A stretch of DNA of 64,000 nt. Origin: Octopus sinensis (Eukaryota). Location: contig NC_042998.1 of the NCBI RefSeq assembly GCF_006345805.1, forward strand, positions 79,980,001-80,044,000, read 5' to 3'. Under the pieces are notes generated by a model. The model had not been told where the DNA came from. It did no database searches and was given only the letters and a program-made list of their open reading frames with translations. Of the stretch, positions 55,308 through 64,000 are shown piece after piece (the first letter of the stretch is position 1; each line of letters begins with the position of its first letter). The position numbers and the translations under genes were made by a program.

Positions 55308-56515
55308 TAATGAAGTTTGAGGTTCAGTTCTACAGCCCCTTGGGCAAGTGTCTGCTACCACAGCCCTAGGCTGCCCCAAAACCTTGTTAGTTAATTTGGT
55401 GGACAGAAACAAAAAGCAGCCAGTACATACACACACACACACGTATGTATGTGTGTGTGGACAGCTGTGTCTTTGTTTACGTTTGTGCTCTATGAAAGTT
55501 GCCAACTTTGAGCAGTGTTCATGTCACTTCACCTACCAACAAACGTTTTATAGGCTCATTTCATAGCTATGAAACTAAATTACATGGAGTTAAATCAAAC
55601 TGTTGTTAATTATTTTATACACACATACACATGTGTGTGTGTGTGTGTATTTATATTTGGGTTTCGATAGGTATAAATGGATAAGAGATAGATCTACTCC
55701 TTGAACATACGTCAATCTATAACTGATAACTTTTACTCCACAACTGGAATTGAACTCAGCACTGCAAGCTAACAAAACACTTGTTATTTACCTGAGATCA
55801 GGTAAATAACAAGCAGACATATAATTAAAGATATTCTAGGAGTGACTGTCTTTGTACATCCATAAATATATAGAAAAAAAGTACATAAATTGTGTGTGTG
55901 TGTGCGTGCACTAATGAAGTTATGAAGACAACATATGAAATATTCTTTTAGTTATGAACACTACTGGACATTCCCTTTGAAAGCTAAAGAGCTCTTTTTA
56001 AATCTGAAGCTGACTCTTTACAGGTGAGAAGACAAGCTAAGAATCTCATTTCCTATATTTATATGGAAATTTCATAGAATTTTTTCCTTCTTTTAACTAT
56101 CTCTTGGCAAAATAAAAGAAAAAGTAAAGCAAACAAAGAATCAAAAACAATGGTTGGATATTAGGTCAAAAGTAATAAGAATAATGGTAAGACCTTTATG
56201 ATGTGGCCTGCTGTTGTGGAAAGGATAAAAGAAAGGAAATTGAAGTGAAATTCCTAGGAATAATGTTTTCCAGAGAAGGGAGTCTCTTACCTCATTCTTT
56301 GATTATTTCTGAAGAACCAAGAACAAATGAACCAAAAATAAAAGATGGGCTAAAAATAACAGATTATATTTTATGAAGGTATCAAAAATTTTAAGACAAG
56401 ATTTAATGTTACAAGAGAACAGAAAAATTTCTACTCTCTCTATCTCTCTCTCTCTATATATATATATATGTGTATGTATGTATGTATGTATGTATGTATG
56501 TGTGTGTGTGTGTGT
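54046..56515. repeat. Near-identical tandem duplication, period ~1238-1240 bp
   Basis: Identical ORF-track entries offset by 1238-1240 (54110/55348, 54352/55590, 55133/56373). Breakpoints lie in (TG)n tracts. Confidence 0.95.
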
Positions 56516-56547
<32 letters not shown>

Positions 56548-56561
56548 AGTGTGTGTGTATG

Positions 56562-56626
<65 letters not shown>

Positions 56627-57198
56627 GTCTACCTATTGCATTTATACACACATTTTTTCACTCATACACACTCACTCACACACTTTATCATGCCCTTTCA
56701 CTTTCACACTTAGCCCTTCATATGCTCTCTCTCACTCTCTCTCTCTCTCTGTATCATCTCTCTGTATGTATGCATAAATACACACACACATGCCTGTGCA
56801 TACACATATTTCTCTTTACACTGCCGAGTGTTCTCCACCACACTCCCATCTCCTTATCTATTGCTTTTCTGTCTCTCTATCATCTGACAATAGCCTATAC
56901 AACAATGAATTATTAAGTAAGCTAAAGTTAAACACATTCATCTGACTTCATTCTAATTTATTTATTTCAAGTCAAAATCTATCAAGAAACAGTCAAACAC
57001 ACACAGACTAGCTCATACACTTCACAAACACATACAAGAACATACACCCCACAAACAGTGTCAAACACAAACACATACACTCCATGAACACACACACATT
57101 TGCAAGCACATAGACACCATAAACACACACATACACATATACAAGCACATAGACTCCATAAATACTCACACAGAAAAGCATATATATATATATATATA

Positions 57199-57584
57199 GG
57201 CGCAGGAGTGGCTGTGTGGTAAGTAGCTTGTTTACCAGCCACATGGTTCCGGGTTCAGTCCCACTGTGTGGCACCTTGGGCAAGTGTCTTCTACTATAGC
57301 CTCGGGCCGACCAAAGCCTTGTGAGTGGATTTGGGAGACGGAAACTGAAAGAAGCCCATCGTATATATATGCATGTCTGTGTTTGTCCCCCTAGCATTGC
57401 TTGACAACTGATGCTGGTGTGTTTATGTCCCCGTTACTTAGCGGTTCGGCAAAAGAGACCAATGGAATAAGTACTGGGCTTACAAAAGAATAAGTCCCGG
57501 GGTCGAGTTGCTCGATTAAAGGTGGTGCTCCAGCATGGCCGCAGTCAAATGACTGAAACAAGTAAAAGAGTAAAGAGTAAGAGT
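57199..57584 (+). mobile_element. Full-length young family C SINE
   Basis: Head GGCGCAGGAGTGGCTGTGTGGTAAG, B-box-like GGTTCAGTCCC, core CCTTGGGCAAGT, 3' (TAAAGAG)-type tail. Confidence 0.9.
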
Positions 57585-57895
57585 ATATATACACACATAC
57601 AGAGAAGCACATCCACTCCACAGATACACACGTACAAGCACATAGATACAGAATCATCCCTACATTCCAAGGCTTTTCTTTCCATTTCACATAGGAAAAG
57701 ATAGAACACACACTCTCTCTCTCTCTCACATGCATACACAAATATGTTCAGGTGAGGCCTCTGTGGTTAAGAAGCTTGCTTCCCATCCATGTGGTCTGAG
57801 GTTTGAATGTCTTCTGCAATAGCTGTGGGTTGCCCAAAGCCTTGTGAGTGGACCTGGTTGAGAGAAACTGAAAGAAGCTAGTCATATATATCTAA

Positions 57896-57940
<45 letters not shown>

Positions 57941-58185
57941 ACTGTTGTTTTGATATCACATGATGGTTGTAAAAAGCATCACTGTTATACAAGTAATATT
58001 TATTTACAGTTCTCTGTGGAAAACTTGTCTGACCATGGGGAAGTATTATCTCGCTTGGAAATAGGTGAGGCTTGGTGACAGGAAGGGCATCTAGCTGTAG
58101 AAAGTCTGCCTCAAAGAATTCAGTTTAACCTATGCAAGCATAGATAAAGAGAACATTAAAATGTTGCTGTTTTTATATTTTGTAA

Positions 58186-58463
58186 ATGATAGAATGATAT
58201 TGCTGAGGTTGCCTTAAAAGAAAGGTTGGTAGTGTTTATGCACCAACTATGAATACAAGTGAAAATGAAAAGCTCTCCTTTTATGATGTGCTGAAGGAAA
58301 ATATCCACAAAATTCCACATAAGGATAAGATTATCATATTGGGCGATTTTAATACTAGAGTTGGTAAAGATCACGACCATGGGGTGTGACTGGAAGACAC
58401 AGAGTGGGAAATTGTAATAGCAATGGCTTACTTTTGTTACAGATGTGTTCTGAGCTGAATCTC
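58186..58463 (+). mobile_element. LINE AP-endonuclease fragment, RTE-like
   Basis: Frameshifted NDRMILLRLP...SVYAPT...FYDVL...IPHKDKIIILGDFNTRVGKD...GNCNSNGLLLLQMCSELNL: YAPT, GDFN and NSNG motifs. Confidence 0.8.
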
Positions 58464-58518
58464 AAAACAATGGTACCCGATAGACTATATGATAACTAGA
58501 AAGTGAGATAAGATTCCA

Positions 58519-59610
58519 TTGTCTATCAGACAATGGAATCTGGCTGTGCATCTAGAGTGTTGGCAGCGAGAATGGTCTTGTACCATCACCTCAATGCCAA
58601 GCATGAAAGGTGTAGAGTCAGAGCTAAGCTACATGCAGGGAAACAAGAAGGTATTAATGTTGCCGGATGGGCACATCGTGAGGAGAGTCAGAAGGGCAAA
58701 AAGTCCTCTATTAAGTCTTTAACTGATGAACAGGGACACAAGATCTATGGACAGGAGGAGATGCAGAAGGTCTTTTACCAGCATTTCGCCCAGTTGTTCG
58801 GGGAGAGTGGTCTGCTTGGGCAAGGGGAGGCCTTAAAGGACTTCCTAACTGGTGGGCCTCAACTCTCGGTACGTGAGGCAGAATGCAGTGAAGGACCAAT
58901 CACTCCCGCAGAGGTAAGAGAGGTTTTAGCCGAGTGCAGTGGGGGAAAAGTCGCTGGGGCTGGACGGTTTGCCCTATGAGTTTTATTGTTGTATGCCGGA
59001 CTTGTTTGGGGATATACTGGCAGGCGTCTATGCAAACTGGCAACAGAATGGGAGGATTCCCAGTTCTGTAAGCCAGGGAGTTGTGATGCTGGTCCAGAAA
59101 GACCCGAGCAAGAGGGATAGTATTAGTAATTATAGGCCCATAACACTACTTAATGTAGAGTTAAAGATTTTGGCCAAGGTGTTAGCAAAAAGGTTGACAG
59201 CTGTCGTGGAGAAACTTGTTGGAAAGGCACAGACATGTGCAATCCCAGGCAGGTCGATCTAGGATAATCTTCACCTTCTCCGCTACACTATAGACAGGGT
59301 TGGGAAATTAGCCGGCAAAGGAGGGGCATTGGTCCATTTAGACAAAAGTAAAGTATTCGATAGGGTAGACCATCAGTACCTGGCGGTGGTCCTCGAAGTG
59401 GCTGGGCTGAACCCTTGTTTTCACAGGTGGATCTCCACTATGTACAGCAGCATCAAGTCCACAGTCCATATAAACGGTTACCTAACGAAGCCGTTTTCGA
59501 TCAAGCGTTCAGTTCGTCAAGGATGTCCCTTGTCTCCACTCCTGTATGTTTGGCTCTCGAGCCACTGCTGCAGAAGTTGGAGAAGTTGAGAGGCAACCCT
59601 AATGAAATCG
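58519..59610 (+). mobile_element. Decayed non-LTR retrotransposon ORF2 (tether + reverse transcriptase), Tx1/L1-like
   Basis: GPITPAEV, KSLGLDGLPYEFY, NYRPITLLNVELKILAKVLAKRL, QTCAIPGRSI*DN, LDKSKVFDRVDH, SVRQGCPLSPLLY. Has frameshifts and a stop, and is truncated near the YADD region. Confidence 0.92.
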
Positions 59611-60810
59611 GATGCATCATATGTGCAGATGTGTCTCCTCAGGTGACTTGTCAAAAAGTACTTTCATTCTTGTTCACTGTGAACAACACTACAAGGTGTA
59701 TGCCCAAATATAAAATTATTACATTTACATACATATATATATATATATATATATAAGTCACCAAAAAATGACTACCAAAATAACTGAAATTAGTTTAAAA
59801 TTTGCATCACTTCCATTCCTCCACCCCATCTTCTAATCATTTCCATTCGAATAGCAACAGGGGGGTGGGGCTGAAAAAGGGGGGCTAGCTTGTAAGGGTT
59901 GAATCCATAATTATGCTTTAACAACCTCAAACCATTTAACAACATCTGTTCCAGAAAGTTACCCACCACCACCACCACCACCACCACCACCACCATCATT
60001 ATTACCAACTCCATCACTATTGCCCCAATCAGGGAATCTTAATTTAGATATTTTCTGCCTCCTTTATGTCTTCAATCCCTTCTCCTGCTATCACTGAAAC
60101 TAGTTTAAATTCCTACAGCCATCGTGGGGCTTTTTTTAAATTTTTACTTGTATTTTTATTTTATATTTTATTTATTTAAATTTCCATATCTCCATTCTGT
60201 CGCCCACACACTGTTTTTTTCTTTTACATCTCCATATAAAGTCAAGATCATTTTTCACTACATCCAATTACTCAACACAAATTTTAGGAATTTAAACACT
60301 TCCTTTTCCAACCCCTTACCTCATGTTAATTTCTTTTTTTAATTTCCTTATATAAATATATATATATATATATTTATATATTTTAGTCTTATTTTCATTT
60401 CACTGGTTTCAGTCACTGGATTGCGACCATACTGGAGCACTAATTTTAAAGGTATAAGCAGATTATATTAATCAATCTCTGGTATATCCTTGTTATTTAA
60501 ACCCAGCCAGCCCTGATCAAGCAAGACAATGATCAAAGATGTTTAGTAGTGACCATCTCTACTTCTTGCTTATTTTTCAGTAGCCTCCACCCCTTTTTAA
60601 AGAAAATAGTGTGATTTGAGGAAGGTTTGGGTGTTTTTTCTAGGAGACACTGAGCAAATTGATGTTCTCTTGCCTGATCATGAAGTATTTGCTTTATTCT
60701 TTCTTTCTTTTGTTTCTTTTAACCATCGAACTGCAGCCGTTCTTGGGCATCCCTTGAAGGTATGCATGTGTTCCCTTGTTCTGATGTCATGTGATGATTG
60801 TAAACAAGGT

Positions 60811-61183
60811 GCAGGTGTGGCCATGCGGTAAGAAGTCTGCTTCTCAACCACATGGTTTTAGGTTCAGTCCCATTGCATGGCTTCAAAGCCTTGAGAATGG
60901 ATTTGGTAGATGGAAACTGAAAGAAGCTTGTCATATATATATGTGTGTGTGTGTCTTTGTGGTTGTGTTTATCCCACACCATCACTTGACAACCAGTGTT
61001 TATGTGTGTTTATGCTTGTGTCCCTCTCCCCACCCTCCGTAACTAAACAGTTTGATAAAAAGAGATCAAGAGAATAGGTACCAAGCTTTAAAAAAAAGAG
61101 AAAATTAATTCGACTAAAAGCTCTTCATGGTGGTGCCCCAGCATGGCTGCAGTCTAAATGACCGAAACAGATAAAAGATAAAA
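60811..61183 (+). mobile_element. Diverged family C SINE
   Basis: Head GCAGGTGTGGCCATGCGGTAAG, body GATTTGGTAGATGGAAACTGAAAGAAGC, tail GGTGGTGCCCCAGCATGGCTGCAGTC. Confidence 0.75.
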
Positions 61184-61738
61184 GTATCACAGTTACACAA
61201 GCAATGTCATTTGCTTCCAGTCTTCTGTAGAAAAACATGCCTGGCTATGAGGAAGTGTTACATTAATAGGAAACAGAGGAGGAGGATTCACAACAGGAAG
61301 GGTATCCAGCTACAGAAATTCTGCCTCAACAAATTCTGCCTAACCCATGCAAGCATGAAAAAGTGGACATTAAATGATGATGATGATGATGATAGTTATT
61401 TTGATGATATTTTATTACTGTAAGTGTAGTACTAATATTAGGTAGCTGTAATATGTGTGTTATTTTTATAAAATTTATATCATGAGTTTCATGAACAATA
61501 ACATTGTTAGTTATGGGTTTCCAATGCTGAACCAATCACTGTTCCACTGCATTTCCGATTGTAAGATTGACAAGAAAGTGTTTGGGCAACTCAGGCAGAA
61601 TAAATACCAGGTATTTTTGGTTCAAATGCACCAGTTTTATTGGTTTTTCTCACTGATGTGAACATCTTCCACTGATGTACATTGGCAAAAGACACACACA
61701 CAGACACACATCCACATGTATATGTGTGTGTGTGTGTG

Positions 61739-61794
<56 letters not shown>

Positions 61795-61847
61795 AGTGAT
61801 ATTATATTGCCAGCATGGAACATGGACATTAAATTATGATGATGTAC

Positions 61848-61882
<35 letters not shown>

Positions 61883-62513
61883 AACACATACACAAGAAAA
61901 GATGTTCAATATCAAAATAGGTGGTTTCTTAGGCATTAGAAAGTTTCGACAGAGTTAACAATCTTATCACTGAGACAAATAAATAACATTTAATAACAAA
62001 ATATTCATGTGTTTCAGAGTGCATCTGATGGCTAGTACAGTCAATTTTATTAAAAATCCATAAGAATTTCAAGTGAGGTTCCATATTATGATGGTATTGT
62101 ATGAACAGGAAATATCAAGTTATTTTTCATATTATAGCCAAATGCCATATTTCAGCATACAAGTATAGAGTGCTGAAGGTAATGATAGAAAGGAACAAAA
62201 TGTAATTCAGAAATAAATAGATAAATAAATAAATAAATATATATATATAAATGGCGGTGCCCCAGCATGGCCACAGCTAGTGAGCTGAAACTAGATAAAA
62301 AAAAAAAAAAAAAGACAAAAACAATATCTATAAAAATTCACAGAACAAATAGTGAAATAGTATTTCTGTATAGAAGCCACTATCTTCATGTAGGTATTTG
62401 GATAAATCAGCTTGATACAGAGCCTATCCATCTCTGAACTATTACCCACAGAAGATGAATTCAATGTTTTTACTTACTTTTAGTCAGAACGGAAGGCCCA
62501 TGAGCCTTTACAA

Positions 62514-63106
62514 CAGTAGTTCTCAACCATTTTTTATCTATGAACCCCTTTGATTACTATTTTCATCTTGTGGACCCCCATAACCATTTGATGTTTAACC
62601 CTTTAGTGTTCAGAACACTCTGTTAAATGTAATACTTTTTCACTCAAATTGTTTTGAATTAATCATGCATTATCTTATTGCTTTGAGGTTTCAATGATGT
62701 GATTACTTATTTTCAGAATGGCATTGTAGGTTAGGAGTGAGAGGCTAGATATCGCCAGTTTGAATATAAAACATGTAGAATATATTGGGCCGGATTTGGC
62801 CGGTTTAAACACTAAAGGGTTAAAACTAGTTTTATAGTTAGTTATTTAAGAATTCCTCTATTGTTTTTTTCCACATTCACTTGTGTAGGTTTGCCATAAC
62901 ACTCTCTGAGAAAACGTTTCCGTGGCCAGTGGAAACATGTTGAATTATACAAAATGTTAAAGAAACCTTGCTGTTCCCTGCAATAACTGCATCCAAAGCA
63001 AAATTTTTTTCATGGCCCTTTAAAATACTACTGTGGGCCTCTAATTTACTATTTTGTTTGCTTGGACCCCTAAAATTCTTATATGGACCCTAGTTGAGAA
63101 CCATTG
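62514..63106. mobile_element. hAT-type MITE hosting a nested TTAA MITE
   Basis: Terminal inverted repeats CAGTAGTTCTCAAC / GTTGAGAACCATTG. Degenerate 8-bp TSD CTTTACAA / CTTTGCAG. Confidence 0.75.
62599..62819. mobile_element. piggyBac-type MITE
   Basis: TTAA|CCCTTTAGTGTT ... AACACTAAAGGG|TTAA: perfect 12-bp terminal inverted repeats with TTAA duplication. Confidence 0.88.
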
Positions 63107-63635
63107 CTTTGCAGGGTCTCCAAGATTAGTGGGAGTGACAGAGGAAGGTACCCCCAAAAGGGGAGACCTAGCCTCAATGCCTGCAACGAAGTGGATGCTG
63201 TTAAATCACCTAAGGTACCAGATGATGGTGTTTTACTAGGTAATGGTTTAAGTTTGCTACCTAAAGCAGGCCACGGCAGGATATAAACTCAGTATGCAAA
63301 GAGTTAAAACTAATAGGGAAAATTATCTGGTCCAAATTCTTAGAGTTTACCATTCCACTGTCCAGGAGATTGTTATATTTAGCAATCTCAAACTGATGAA
63401 AGGCAAAGTTGACCTCAGCAGGATTTGAATTTAGAATATAGAAAGTTGGAACAAATACCTTAAAATAATCTATCCAACACTCTAATTGACTCGATCAGTT
63501 TGTTGCCTGCAAGCTGACAAACAACTTCCCAGTTTTACTGTGCAGTTGTTACAAAGTGCAATGACATGTTTCTTATCCTGTGATACTTATCAGTTATATG
63601 GACTGAATCATGTAGCTGATATTTATGAATTGAAA

Positions 63636-63848
63636 GGTGGCGAGCTGATAGAAATGTTAGCACGCCGGATGAAATGCTTAGCAGTATTTCATCTGTCTTT
63701 GCATTCTGATTTCAAATTCTGCCAAGGTTGATTTTGCCTTTCATCCTTTCAGGGTCGATAAATTAAGTACCAGTTGTGTACCGGGGTCAATCTAATTGAC
63801 TGGCCCTTTCCCCAAAAATTTTGGGCCTTGTGCCTAGAGTAGAAAAGA
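63636..63848 (+). mobile_element. Family A SINE with TSD
   Basis: GGTGGCGAGCTGATAGAAATGTTAG head. Flanked by ATATTTATGAATTGAAA / ATATTTATGAACTGAAA. Confidence 0.85.
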
Positions 63849-64000
63849 ATATTTATGAACTGAAAAAAAAAGAATATTTATGAATTGGAAAAAAAAAAAA
63901 ATAGTCCCAGCATATGAATTAGCCAACTTCTTAACTCGCTGCTCAATAATTCATTTAATTTATTCACTCAACCATCTATGTCACCTCTCACCATTTGTAC

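Noticed and set aside
60250-60275. Third ATGAG|GTAAG donor-like site suggesting a shared first-exon motif
   Set aside because: No acceptor or pyrimidine tract upstream. A 7-mer like this is expected a few times by chance in 64 kb of AT-rich DNA.

Overview
Eukaryotic (animal) genomic DNA: very AT-rich, full of microsatellites and SINEs. From memory, the tRNA-derived SINE families resemble those of octopods, so Octopus or a related coleoid is inferred but not proven. One spliced protein-coding gene is supported. Five frame-compatible minus-strand exons between 1.2 and 9.5 kb encode the coiled-coil region of an NCKAP5/NCKAP5L-like protein; no downstream exon was identified and the gene probably continues beyond the left edge. 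The remaining ~54 kb is intron or upstream sequence. It holds SINEs, Tc1/mariner, pogo-, hAT- and piggyBac-type MITEs, decayed LINE fragments, minisatellites and two near-identical tandem duplications. Nearly all ORF-track entries are artefacts of simple repeats. The most notable unexplained signals are: (1) a ~475-bp tandem repeat carrying two minimal type I hammerhead ribozyme motifs (Penelope/retrozyme-like); (2) an orphan 12-codon fragment resembling the N-terminus of an aromatic amino-acid decarboxylase next to it; (3) a pre-miRNA-like hairpin beside a palindromic minisatellite; (4) candidate frame-preserving micro-exons, one inside a tandem duplication. No prokaryotic systems (CRISPR, operons) are present.
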